Positions 1 through 10,069 of a stretch of 64,000 bases of DNA are shown here, one piece after another. This stretch comes from an uncultured Gemella sp. Lineage in GTDB: Bacteria > Bacillota > Bacilli > Staphylococcales > Gemellaceae. A program made the position numbers and the translations under genes. The notes below the pieces were generated by a model that was given only the letters and a program-made list of their open reading frames with translations, had not been told where the DNA came from and did not search any database. The stretch spans positions 7,642-71,641 of the forward strand of contig NZ_CAUQNQ010000003.1 in the NCBI RefSeq assembly GCF_963519265.1, written 5' to 3'. How positions within the stretch are numbered: position 1 is the first letter of the stretch; the number at the start of each line of letters is the position of its first letter.

Positions 1-701
1 CAACCGTGTTTCTTCTCTACTGGTTTTTGCGCATTTCTTACCCAGACTCCATTACCATCTACGTAATAACGACCATTATCTACCCATGAACTTGTCGCCA
101 TCTTACCATCTGCACCTAGCCAATATTTTCCGCTGATCCATTTGTTTCTAGCTAATGCCCCATTTTCGTAGTAATACCATGCGCTTCCTTCTTTTATCCA
201 GCCGTGTTTCTTCTCTACTGGTTTTTGCGCATTTCTTACCCAGACTCCATTGCCATCTACGTAATAACGACCATTATCTACCCATGAACTTGTTGCCATT
301 CTTCCATCGGCTCCTAGCCAGTAGCTTCCTATCCAAGCATTCCTAACTATATTTCCCTGGTGATAATAGTTCCATGCTGAGCCATTTTGTACCCAGCCTT
401 GCTTCTTGACTTCAGCTTGTCTATGGGCACCTTTCACCCATGCACCATTACCATCTACATAATATCGACCATTATCTACCCAAGAATTAGTAGCCATCTT
501 ACCATCGGCTCCTAGCCAATAGTTTCCTGCCCAAGTATTTCTAGCTAATGTTCCATTTTGATTATAAAAGTACCAAGTATTTCCACTTTTAACCCAGCCT
601 TGTGCTGCTAAAGCGTCGCTACTAGCTACTGCATTTACAGCTATTGGTGTAGCTAATACTGTTAATACTCCTAATCCTAATTTTAATTTATTTCTTCCCA
701 T
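1..701 (-). CDS. Secreted protein with choline-binding/cell-wall-binding repeats (5' part only, runs off the window)
   Basis: Not in the ORF track. ATG at 701 after AGAGGA reads MGRNKLKLGLGVLTVLATPIAVNAVASSDALAAQ (signal peptide) then repeats GWVKSGNTWYFY..NYWLGADGKMATNSWVDNGRYYVDGNGAW; DNA period about 198 bp. Confidence 0.85.
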   Translation of the reverse strand, partial: MGRNKLKLGLGVLTVLATPIAVNAVASSDALAAQGWVKSGNTWYFYNQNGTLARNTWAGNYWLGADGKMATNSWVDNGRYYVDGNGAWVKGAHRQAEVKKQGWVQNGSAWNYYHQGNIVRNAWIGSYWLGADGRMATSSWVDNGRYYVDGNGVWVRNAQKPVEKKHGWIKEGSAWYYYENGALARNKWISGKYWLGADGKMATSSWVDNGRYYVDGNGVWVRNAQKPVEKKHG

Positions 702-861
702 TTTTCATTATCCTCTTTACTCATTATTTTGCACTGATAATTATACCATATTTAAGCTATTTTTAGGGTTACAATTAGATTATTTTTTATTACATCTATA
801 TTACAAAAAAGCAAGAAATATTATTACTTAATACCTTACCAAAAGAAAAAAAGAATGGAGA

Positions 862-1557
862 TTATCTCTCACACTCTTCTTTTAGTATTTCTTCTAATTT
901 ATTATAATCTTTAACACTATCAATTTCATAGATACTATTCGGTTCTAATTCTTCTACATAAACATCTAGTTTCTCAATATTATCTTTAACCATATTATCC
1001 CAGTACAAGTTCATGAACTCATTACTTTCATAGGCTTTATCGATAAAACTTACGATTTTCTCTGCAGTTTTCTTATCCCAGAAAGATACCCCGCTAAGGA
1101 TTCTTCCTGCTTTACTGTCCACGATAATATCTTGTACTTTATAATCATCACCGTAGATTAAGAACCATTCATTCTCACAATCTTCACGGTAAACACTGAA
1201 ATATGTCGAACGATCAATATCAGTTCTAAACATATTTTTGAATAAATAGTTATCTGCATCGATTACGTAGCTATCCGCCAATTTTTCCTTAACTAAGTAT
1301 AATGAGTAAAAATTGTTATACTCAGCGTATTTATCGTTAAACACTAACTCTACATTATACTTTTCTTTTAAATAATCGAATTGTTCATGTAAATATCCAA
1401 CAACAACGATTATTTCATCTATTCCTTTTTCTTTTAAAAATTCAATTTGATATTCCACAAGCGGCTTATCTTTAACCTTTATTAAAGCCTTGGGAGTATT
1501 ATCTGTCATCGGTCTAAGACGCGTTCCTAAACCCGCAGCTAATATAATTGCTTTCAT
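862..1557 (-). CDS. licC: CTP:phosphocholine cytidylyltransferase
   Basis: MKAIILAAGLGTRLRP NTP-transferase motif, YAEYNNFYSL; follows licA-licB. Confidence 0.93.
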   Translation of the reverse strand: MKAIILAAGLGTRLRPMTDNTPKALIKVKDKPLVEYQIEFLKEKGIDEIIVVVGYLHEQFDYLKEKYNVELVFNDKYAEYNNFYSLYLVKEKLADSYVIDADNYLFKNMFRTDIDRSTYFSVYREDCENEWFLIYGDDYKVQDIIVDSKAGRILSGVSFWDKKTAEKIVSFIDKAYESNEFMNLYWDNMVKDNIEKLDVYVEELEPNSIYEIDSVKDYNKLEEILKEECER

Positions 1558-1567
1558 TATCTATTTG

Positions 1568-2446
1568 TTACTCCTCTCTAACAATAACATAAACACCTAG
1601 TATGATAATAATAGATGTAACTACTAATTGTAAATTCACCTCTAATGCGACAAAAATCATCGAGAATAATATCGTCCAAACAACATAACTAACATTTAGT
1701 CCTGTTGCCTTAGCTGGTTCTAATTTATTAATCGCCATATAATATAAAATATACGATACCATATTACTAACTACGAAGAAGACGATAAGTCCGCCGAATT
1801 TCACATCAAGACTCGTTTCAATTCCTAGTCCATTGAATGATATTATTACTAAATACGCTAAAAATGATGTCACCTGACGGATTAATAAAGTCTCTAGCTC
1901 ATTAAGATTATTTTTCATAGCATATGAACTAAGAACACTCTCACTACCCCATGCAACTGCACAAATCAATGCAAACATAAATCCAAGATAAAATGATTCA
2001 ACCTGTTCACTCTTATAGCTTTGGATAAAAATACCAACAATAATAAGCGCTATTCCTAATAGTGTTTTCGATGAGACTTTATTTTTTAAAAATATCACAG
2101 CCAGTATCACCGACACAGCTGGATAAATCGCTGTAATCGAAGATGTCAACCCACTTCCTATATACTTCACCGCATATAGATTACATTGCATCCCAATAGG
2201 TCCCGCAAGAAGCGCACCTACAATAACACTAACACTTTTTATATTCGTAAAAATCTTTAAATTAATTGTTTTATACTTAACTAAAATAATCGCCAATAAA
2301 ACAAAAATACTAATAAAATCATGGATTACAGCAACCGCAAAAGGCGATATATTATACAGTGAAAATATACACGCACTAATCGCAAGCCCAAGCCCCCAGA
2401 ACATACCAGATAAAAGTCCAGCTGAAATTCCTACTTTATTTTTCAT
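1568..2446 (-). CDS. licB: Choline permease (DMT/EamA family)
   Basis: About 10 hydrophobic segments; lies between licA and licC. Confidence 0.88.
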   Translation of the reverse strand: MKNKVGISAGLLSGMFWGLGLAISACIFSLYNISPFAVAVIHDFISIFVLLAIILVKYKTINLKIFTNIKSVSVIVGALLAGPIGMQCNLYAVKYIGSGLTSSITAIYPAVSVILAVIFLKNKVSSKTLLGIALIIVGIFIQSYKSEQVESFYLGFMFALICAVAWGSESVLSSYAMKNNLNELETLLIRQVTSFLAYLVIISFNGLGIETSLDVKFGGLIVFFVVSNMVSYILYYMAINKLEPAKATGLNVSYVVWTILFSMIFVALEVNLQLVVTSIIIILGVYVIVREE

Positions 2447-3305
2447 AACTTTCTACATACTCCTTTAAATTCTTAACCGCTCTTAGGTATCTATCTTTAC
2501 CATAAGTTCCAAAATCTGCACCCTGTTCTTCTTTATAAATCGTCCATAGACTCCACAAGAAGTCCTGTAATATTTTATAAATCATAATCTTAGCTACGCT
2601 AACTGGAGTATCTTCACTAAAGTACGCTTTAAAGAATTCCCCTTCCTCGGCTTTTCTAAAGTTAGACTCCAAGAACAACGCCGCCAAATCCCACATCGGA
2701 TCATTCATCGCAGAATATTCCCAATCAATAAGATAAATACGCCCATTCTCATCTTCAATGAAATTCTCCGGCACAAGATCGATATGACAAGATTTTTTAT
2801 CGACACCAATATCTTCTAGATGATTTTGTAGAGAAAATACCTTCTCCCTTATCTTCTCATAATAAGGATAATTGATATTACCTTCAATCAGATTTTCATA
2901 TTTTCTTATCTCATCGAAGACTCTAAATTCACCTTCAAGAACCTTCCCAGAGCTATGTACTTTTTTTAGAATATTCGCAACTTCTTCTTTCTTCGCTTTT
3001 AAATAATGCGCATCAAAAGTCGTTGCATTCTCAATATATTCATTTACCTTTATTCCAGATTCAATATCAAAGATATAGTTTTTTACATCTAAACCTAAAT
3101 CAGCAAGATTCGCAAGATTATTTTTCTCCGCAACCCTATTGATTAGCTTATCAGTTCCTTTACCAAAGAACTTAACTATATACTTGTTACTCGTAGTTTC
3201 CACTAGATAGTTACTATTCGTCATACCACCTAGCTTTTCAACTTTTACTACTTCCTCAGATTCAGTAAGTAGCTTTTCTATTTTAGTTTTTATTAGTTGT
3301 TTCAA
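2436..3305 (-). CDS. licA: Choline kinase
   Basis: LGGMTN, CHIDLVPEN (Brenner motif), LIDWEYS. Confidence 0.93.
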   Translation of the reverse strand: MKQLIKTKIEKLLTESEEVVKVEKLGGMTNSNYLVETTSNKYIVKFFGKGTDKLINRVAEKNNLANLADLGLDVKNYIFDIESGIKVNEYIENATTFDAHYLKAKKEEVANILKKVHSSGKVLEGEFRVFDEIRKYENLIEGNINYPYYEKIREKVFSLQNHLEDIGVDKKSCHIDLVPENFIEDENGRIYLIDWEYSAMNDPMWDLAALFLESNFRKAEEGEFFKAYFSEDTPVSVAKIMIYKILQDFLWSLWTIYKEEQGADFGTYGKDRYLRAVKNLKEYVESYEK

Positions 3306-3466
3306 TGTAAAGCCTCTTTTCTACATTACAATATTACTTACCATTATAACATAAAATGTGATAATTCATAGAAATAATATTACTTATTTTAATATTACAA
3401 GATAGAAAGGTGACTCAGAAAACCACCTTAATAGTTTCATGAATCACCTAAATTATTTTTATTCTA

Positions 3467-4489
3467 TTATATCTCCCACTTAAAGACTGTCTTAAATGCA
3501 GTATTTAAATCAGTCATAAACACCCTATGAATGTCTTTAATATTTCTCACAGGTTGCTCAAGTTCAATAATATTCTTAAATCTTCTTTCGAATTTCTTAT
3601 TACTCAGCATCTCGATAGCTTTTTCAAAGTCGATTCTACCAGAACGTGATGAACCTATTAGCATTAGTCCTTTTTCTAAGATATCACGTGTATTGATATT
3701 TACCTTATATTCACTAACTCCCATAAGTACCAAACTTCCTTGTGGTTTGATGTACTTGATTAAGTCATTTATCGCGTATCCACTACCATCTCCACCACAA
3801 CATTCTACACCATGATCAAAAGTTAAGTTTTCAGGAATATCATCAGTAATGTATCTTTCTTTTGCAAAACTGAATAGTTCTAGTTTCTCCCAGTGGCGAC
3901 CTATTACGATTATCTCACACTCTGGTAGAGTGTAGTTTATTATGTTTGCCATAACATAAGCTAGGCTTCCATCACCGATTATCGCTATTCTTTCTTTTTT
4001 ACTATGTGAGTTCTTTAAGAATCTGTCCATTGCGTGCATACCAACACTTATGAACTCTGTAATAGCCGCAACAGAATCTTCTACACCATCATAAGCTACC
4101 ACTCTATCTTTAGGCAGAGTTACGAATTCTCTCATGAATCCATCAAAACCACTTGATAGGAAGTGTGTTCCTGGCATGTAGTTTTCATAGAATTCTTCGT
4201 CACTTTGTCTTGGTGGTTGGTTAGGTATCATTACTACCTTTTGTCCTACTTTATATGTCCCTGTTGGATCTGCAATTACTATTCCTGCACATTCATGAAT
4301 AAGTGCCATAGGCAGTTTTTTAGCTAGTACCTTAGGATCTCTTTTCCCTTGGTAGTATCTTTGGTCTGCGTGACATAGTGCCATATAGTTTGGACGGATG
4401 ATGATTTTATCACCATCGTTTATATTCTCTTCATTGTATTTTACATTAATAAATTTCGGTTTAATTAATTGATATATTTGATTTATCAT
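3467..4489 (-). CDS. tarJ: Ribulose-5-phosphate reductase (ribitol-5-phosphate dehydrogenase)
   Basis: Zn alcohol-dehydrogenase fold, ALCHADQRYYQGKR, LIHE; downstream of tarI. Confidence 0.93.
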   Translation of the reverse strand: MINQIYQLIKPKFINVKYNEENINDGDKIIIRPNYMALCHADQRYYQGKRDPKVLAKKLPMALIHECAGIVIADPTGTYKVGQKVVMIPNQPPRQSDEEFYENYMPGTHFLSSGFDGFMREFVTLPKDRVVAYDGVEDSVAAITEFISVGMHAMDRFLKNSHSKKERIAIIGDGSLAYVMANIINYTLPECEIIVIGRHWEKLELFSFAKERYITDDIPENLTFDHGVECCGGDGSGYAINDLIKYIKPQGSLVLMGVSEYKVNINTRDILEKGLMLIGSSRSGRIDFEKAIEMLSNKKFERRFKNIIELEQPVRNIKDIHRVFMTDLNTAFKTVFKWEI

Positions 4490-4490
4490 A

Positions 4491-5198
4491 TTATTCGTCC
4501 TCTAGCATACTCTTAGCTATCTTAAGGTCGGTTACTGTAGTTATTTTGATATTTGAGTATTCTCCCTTAGCTAGTGCTACTTTTTTCCCTTTTATAACGA
4601 ATATCTTACATGCATCTGTAAGTATTTGTTTTTCCTCTTTGTCTAATGAGTTATATAGATTTAAGAAATCTAAACATTTGAAGCTTTGAGGTGTTTGACC
4701 TTGGTAGTAGTGTGCTCTGTTTGGAATGTTTGAAATATATTCTCCGTTAGTGCTCTCTACGATTGTATCTACTGCTTCCACTACAGTATCTACTGCATCA
4801 CTCTCTTTAGCTAGACGTATGTTGTCTTTAATGATTCTAAGTGTGATGAATGGGCGAACTGAATCGTGAGTAACGATAATATCTTCGTCAGTTAACGGTT
4901 TGTATTCATTAATTCTGTTTATGATATTTTCAATCGTTGTATTTCTATCAACACCACCAGGTGTAATAATGATTCTATCAGCAAAGGCTGAAACATATTG
5001 TTCAACTAAGTCTTCAGCATGAGATACCCAATCTTCATGAACACCGACTACGATTTTTTCGATTTCAGGTTCTAATAAGAACTTCTCAATTGTGTGAATA
5101 AGTATTGGTTTCTTACCTAATTCTAGGAATTGTTTTGGCATATTACTTATTCCCATTCTAGTTCCTGTTCCACCAGCTAATATTCCTGCGTATATCAT
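4491..5198 (-). CDS. tarI: Ribitol-5-phosphate cytidylyltransferase
   Basis: AGILAGGTGTRMG..PKQFL, THDSVRPF, QGQTPQ, NIKITT. Confidence 0.93.
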   Translation of the reverse strand: MIYAGILAGGTGTRMGISNMPKQFLELGKKPILIHTIEKFLLEPEIEKIVVGVHEDWVSHAEDLVEQYVSAFADRIIITPGGVDRNTTIENIINRINEYKPLTDEDIIVTHDSVRPFITLRIIKDNIRLAKESDAVDTVVEAVDTIVESTNGEYISNIPNRAHYYQGQTPQSFKCLDFLNLYNSLDKEEKQILTDACKIFVIKGKKVALAKGEYSNIKITTVTDLKIAKSMLEDE

Positions 5199-5363
5199 TT
5201 TCTTCTCCTTTTAAATACTATTTTTTAATATATTATCTACTTTATTATATCATAGAGAATCAATAAACTTCAAAAATCTTCTATCTTAAACTTATAATTT
5301 TCAGCTAATAAATTAAAAATATGATATAATGTAAAATAGAATTTTAGAAAGGATTTCCTTTAA

Positions 5364-6845
5364 ATGAAAAACATAAAAGTCAATGCATTAGCAAGTTTAA
5401 TGGTTAACATACTGAACATAGTTTTCCCATTAATCACTAATCCTTATCTGACTAGGATACTTAGTAAATCAAACTACAGTTATTTCAACACAGCAAATAC
5501 ATGGGCTAGTTTTGTCGTTCCTATAGCAGCTTTCGGTATTTATAACTACGGAATTAGATCAATAAGTAAAGTTAAAGATGATAAAAATAAAATTAATTAC
5601 GTATTTTCAAAATTATTTTACATATCAGTAATTACTTCGATTACTGTAACGGCCTTATATTTTATATTTATTAGCGTAGGGGAATATGAAACTGAAAATC
5701 TAAAAACATTATATTATATACTTGGAATTCAAGCACTATTTCAGTTTTTAAATATTGAATGGATGAATGAAGCATACGAAAACTACACATTTATTCTTTA
5801 CAAAACTTTATTTATTAGAATCGCAATGTTAGTATCAATCTTCGCATTTATAAAAACAGAAGATGATATTATACCTTATGCAATCATAATGAGTGCTACT
5901 ACAATCTTAAACTATCTACTAAGTTTCTTATGGATAAAAAGAGAAGTTTCATTTGTTAAAATAGAATTGAAAGAATTATTATCATCTAGTAAAGCACTTA
6001 CTGTTATGCTATTATTAACTGATGCCAATATGCTTTATACTCTACTTGATAGAATGTTTATTACGAAGAGCCCTGATACGAACTATATTTCATACTATAC
6101 TATATCTTTCAACATAGTTATGCTTATAGCCAGTGTGCTTAGTGGAGCTCTAAGTGTTAGTTTACCAAGACTGGGATATTATTTAGGAAAAAAAGATTAT
6201 AATTCATACGAAAACCTAATCAACCAAGGTTCTTCTCTTTTCTTTTTCCTAATGATGCCGACTAGTATAGGAATAATGATTCTAGGAACATATGCAACTG
6301 TTATCTATTCATCAGATAAATATTTAGAGGCAGGAATAGTAACAAGTATATTTGCGATTAGAACTATTATTTGGGCTATTGAGATGATACTAGGAAAGCA
6401 AATTATATTTATCAATGATTTCGAAAATAAATTGACTTCATTTTACTTTATCGGTGGTGGATTAAATGTAGTGTTAAATTCAACATTATACTTCTGTAAT
6501 ATTTTTAAACCAGAATACTATATTGGAACAACAATACTTGCAGAAGGATTAGTAGTATTGCTAGAAATACAGTTCATTAAAAAACATAAGCTAATAAACT
6601 TATCAGCTGTATTTTCTTCGCTTTACAAATACCTTGTAGTATCACTTGGTTTTATTCCAATATACTTCATTACAAAATTCGTATTCCACGTTAATTCTTA
6701 TGAAATCACATTAAACATGCTTATTATGGTCTGCACAGTTATAGCAATCTGTGGCATTTATTATCTAGCTATCCTAACAATACTAAAAGATTCAACAATG
6801 AACTATGCGATAAATATGGTAAAAAGTAAAATCAATAAAAACTAA
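5364..6845 (+). CDS. tacF: Teichoic acid flippase
   Basis: Polysaccharide-flippase (MOP) protein starting MKNIKVNALAS, divergent from tarI as in the pneumococcal lic1/lic2 layout. Confidence 0.88.
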   Translation: MKNIKVNALASLMVNILNIVFPLITNPYLTRILSKSNYSYFNTANTWASFVVPIAAFGIYNYGIRSISKVKDDKNKINYVFSKLFYISVITSITVTALYFIFISVGEYETENLKTLYYILGIQALFQFLNIEWMNEAYENYTFILYKTLFIRIAMLVSIFAFIKTEDDIIPYAIIMSATTILNYLLSFLWIKREVSFVKIELKELLSSSKALTVMLLLTDANMLYTLLDRMFITKSPDTNYISYYTISFNIVMLIASVLSGALSVSLPRLGYYLGKKDYNSYENLINQGSSLFFFLMMPTSIGIMILGTYATVIYSSDKYLEAGIVTSIFAIRTIIWAIEMILGKQIIFINDFENKLTSFYFIGGGLNVVLNSTLYFCNIFKPEYYIGTTILAEGLVVLLEIQFIKKHKLINLSAVFSSLYKYLVVSLGFIPIYFITKFVFHVNSYEITLNMLIMVCTVIAICGIYYLAILTILKDSTMNYAINMVKSKINKN

Positions 6846-6858
6846 TAAAGGAGTACTT

Positions 6859-8334
6859 ATGAAAATCTTAAAAACACTTATAATAATCGTATTAGTATCT
6901 ATGATTTTTCTTCCAACAGTACATGCAAAGTCTGATGATAAACTACATATTATAACTGTTGCCGAATGGTCTGACGCGATGATATTAGAAAGTAACGGGC
7001 ACTATGCAATGATTGATACTGGAGAAGATTTTTCATATCCAGATGGTTCAAATCCACGATATCCCGATAGAGAAGGTATAACAAAAGATAGAGATAAAAT
7101 CACACAAGATAGATTATTTGCCCACATTAAACAATTAGGTATTAAAAAATTTGATTTCATCATTATTACACATGCCCACTCTGATCATATCGGCTCTGCA
7201 CACGATGTTTTGAAAACTATTCCTACGGATAAACTTTATATAAAAAAATATAGTGACGATAGAATTTCTGATAAAACAAGACTTTGGGATAATTTATATG
7301 GATATGAGAGAGCATTAGAAGCAGCAAAAGAAACTAAGACTACTGTAATTCAAGACATTACTGAAAAAGATTCACACCTAATGCTAGGGGATATAAAAAT
7401 TGACTTATTAAATTATGAAAATGAATACGAGAGTGATGGTTCATTAAAAAAAGTATATGACGATAATTTAAATTCAATTCTAGCAATAGTAAACATAAAC
7501 AATACTAAGATTTTCTTAGGTGGGGATTTAGAAAATACTGAAAGACACCTTGAAGAAAAATATGGCCCATTAATTGGTCAAGTAGATGTTATGAAATTTA
7601 ATCATCATGTAGAAACAACAAAATCAAATACAAAAGAATTTGTGGATAAACTTAATCCTAAAAAGATTATTAAAACTGGTATTAGACCTGTAGAAGAAAA
7701 ATATGCTGAATATCTAAAACAAAAAAATATCAGCATTATAAATGCTGGTCAACTAGACAGAGCAGCGATTTCTTTAGAGTTCAATAATGGGGAAGTAAAA
7801 GATATTTCTAATGATTATCCTCACTATGGATTCTATAATGAGAACAATACATTAAAATTTAAAAACTGGAAAAATAAAGCCCCAAAAGATGGATGGACAC
7901 AACATAACGACAATTGGTATTACTTCTTTAATTCTGGAACTGTCGCTGTTGATTGGAAATATCTTGATAATAACTGGTACTATTTTAATAATGATGGTTC
8001 TCTAAGAACAGGTATTGTGGAAGATAATAACAACCTTTACTATATCGACAAAAACAAAGGTATGTTGACAAACTCTTGGAAAGAAATTGATTCAAACACA
8101 AAATACTATTTCAAAAAAGATGGTAAAGCCGCAAAAAATGAATGGGAAAACCTCTATCATTTTGGAACAGATGGGACACCAAGTAAAAATAAATGGATTG
8201 GTTTCCTTCATACAAATAATGATGGACGACTTAGTCTTTCTGATTATAGAAACTATCCACTTTCAATTGTGCTAATAGCAATAATCATATATATAGAATA
8301 TAAAATAAAAAATAGAAAGCATCGTGGTTATTAA
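6859..8334 (+). CDS. pce: Teichoic acid phosphorylcholine esterase (metallo-beta-lactamase fold, choline-binding repeats, C-terminal hydrophobic tail)
   Basis: Signal peptide, SDAMILESNGHYAMIDTGED..PDGS, THAHSDHIG, GGDL, NHH; WYYF repeats. Confidence 0.82.
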   Translation: MKILKTLIIIVLVSMIFLPTVHAKSDDKLHIITVAEWSDAMILESNGHYAMIDTGEDFSYPDGSNPRYPDREGITKDRDKITQDRLFAHIKQLGIKKFDFIIITHAHSDHIGSAHDVLKTIPTDKLYIKKYSDDRISDKTRLWDNLYGYERALEAAKETKTTVIQDITEKDSHLMLGDIKIDLLNYENEYESDGSLKKVYDDNLNSILAIVNINNTKIFLGGDLENTERHLEEKYGPLIGQVDVMKFNHHVETTKSNTKEFVDKLNPKKIIKTGIRPVEEKYAEYLKQKNISIINAGQLDRAAISLEFNNGEVKDISNDYPHYGFYNENNTLKFKNWKNKAPKDGWTQHNDNWYYFFNSGTVAVDWKYLDNNWYYFNNDGSLRTGIVEDNNNLYYIDKNKGMLTNSWKEIDSNTKYYFKKDGKAAKNEWENLYHFGTDGTPSKNKWIGFLHTNNDGRLSLSDYRNYPLSIVLIAIIIYIEYKIKNRKHRGY

Positions 8335-8336
8335 AA

Positions 8337-9329
8337 TCACGATGCTTTCCTATTTAAAAATATTTGTTCTCTTATCTGTTTTATTGGGGAGTTAAAAATA
8401 TTATGAGATAGTACGATACTCAATAACACTGCAATTAATAGAAACACTAGTTTCCCACTAACTCCATAATTAAATACATTAGAGATGTTAAATACTTTAT
8501 TCAAAATATAATATATATGCATATGCCAAAAATATACATTTATAGAATTTTTCCCCATGTCTGTAATTAAGAACATCCTTCGATTAGGCATCAACATTAT
8601 AAGAGCAAAGCACATTCCAAAAGATATGGTATAGCTAGCTAATCTTGCTAATGGAGCGTAACTCATTATCTGAGGGAAGAATGGATTTCTTCCTGTGAAT
8701 AAATATCTTAATCGATAAAAAATATCCAATTCATAAATACACAATCCTAACCAAATTACTACGATAAATCCAGCCAAGAACTTATATTTAGAATTTTTAT
8801 CTTTAAGACCCACTATATCAAAGTTTTGTAATAATACCCCACTTAAAAAGAAGGGAAAGAATATTATTATTCTTGATAGATATAGAAAATCACCTATTCC
8901 TGGATCATATCCTACAAAGCAAGCTAGGACTATCGAAAACACTAAAATATATTCCTTATTTTGTTTCTCAATTATTTTTAAAATTACCATATATGCTGCC
9001 AAAGCAAACATAAACCATGAAATCCCACCATCTGATAATAATAAAAATTCAACTTTTATAGTCCCTAGTAATCTTTCCACAACCGCTGAAACTATCTTGT
9101 AAGCAAAACCAATACTCATAAAAAATATCGCTTTACTTGTAATATCTTTATTTTTAAACATCAGTCCTGATATAAAAATAAAAAGTGGTATATGAAATGA
9201 ATAAATAAATAAAAATATACTATCATATATATTAGATACATCGGTAAATTGATCCGCAAAGTGCCCAATAACCACACAAGTTACAAGGAAAAATTTTAAA
9301 TTGTCCCATAATGCTATCCTATTTCCCAT
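8337..9329 (-). CDS. Acyltransferase family 3 (membrane O-acetyltransferase)
   Basis: RIALWDNLK..VVIGH, FHIPLFIFISG; polytopic. Confidence 0.85.
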   Translation of the reverse strand: MGNRIALWDNLKFFLVTCVVIGHFADQFTDVSNIYDSIFLFIYSFHIPLFIFISGLMFKNKDITSKAIFFMSIGFAYKIVSAVVERLLGTIKVEFLLLSDGGISWFMFALAAYMVILKIIEKQNKEYILVFSIVLACFVGYDPGIGDFLYLSRIIIFFPFFLSGVLLQNFDIVGLKDKNSKYKFLAGFIVVIWLGLCIYELDIFYRLRYLFTGRNPFFPQIMSYAPLARLASYTISFGMCFALIMLMPNRRMFLITDMGKNSINVYFWHMHIYYILNKVFNISNVFNYGVSGKLVFLLIAVLLSIVLSHNIFNSPIKQIREQIFLNRKAS

Positions 9330-9351
9330 AATACTTTCTCCTAGATTTAGT

Positions 9352-10068
9352 TTACTTATCTTTTCTCAACACAACCTCTGCTAACTCTGCATTCCCGCTC
9401 TTATAAATCGGATTTTCTTTCCAATTATAGTTAGTATTAGGAGTTTTAAAATCTTCTCCATATAAAGTTCTTAAATACTCCTCAGTGTTAGTCGGAACCT
9501 TTACTTTTAGATTTTTAAAATCACATTCTTTTAAACCAAAGAATGGAATTTCATAGTGGTAAACCTCATATCTAGTAGGATTTCCTAATGCATTTGTCAT
9601 GAAAAATATTGTATCAGAAGATACTTTATCTTCTTCCTTTTTATAGATAATAAAATCTACATTAAGGCCTTTATAACTGTAAGATACCTCAACTAAATCT
9701 TTATCAAAATAAAACTCTTTTGTTCGTTTAAAATCATTTTCAGAAAGATATTTTTCTATAACTTCAAATTCTTCTAGACTTGAAACTTGAATTCCGAAAT
9801 CCATGTCTAAATCATGGCTAATAAAATCATTTTCTCGATAAAATCCCAATAACGTTCCAAAATCTAACCAAATATTATAATCCTTCAAATCAGAACTATA
9901 AACAGTACTCAGAATTTCCTCAAAGTTTTCTTTTAACAAACTACTTCTTTTAGAATCTAATTCAATATTAGCTTTTTCATTTAATTTTTTTATTAGAGGA
10001 AGATTTTTAACCACATCCTTCTTATCACCTAAAAAACTGGCTAAACTCCTCTTAAGCCATTGCAACAT
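9352..10068 (-). CDS. LicD family phosphotransferase
   Basis: WLDFGTLLG..FISHDLDMDFG, YLRTLYG. Confidence 0.85.
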   Translation of the reverse strand: MLQWLKRSLASFLGDKKDVVKNLPLIKKLNEKANIELDSKRSSLLKENFEEILSTVYSSDLKDYNIWLDFGTLLGFYRENDFISHDLDMDFGIQVSSLEEFEVIEKYLSENDFKRTKEFYFDKDLVEVSYSYKGLNVDFIIYKKEEDKVSSDTIFFMTNALGNPTRYEVYHYEIPFFGLKECDFKNLKVKVPTNTEEYLRTLYGEDFKTPNTNYNWKENPIYKSGNAELAEVVLRKDK

Positions 10069-10069
10069 A

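Noticed and set aside
155..346. 63-aa plus-strand ORF
   Set aside because: Antisense to the real choline-binding repeat gene
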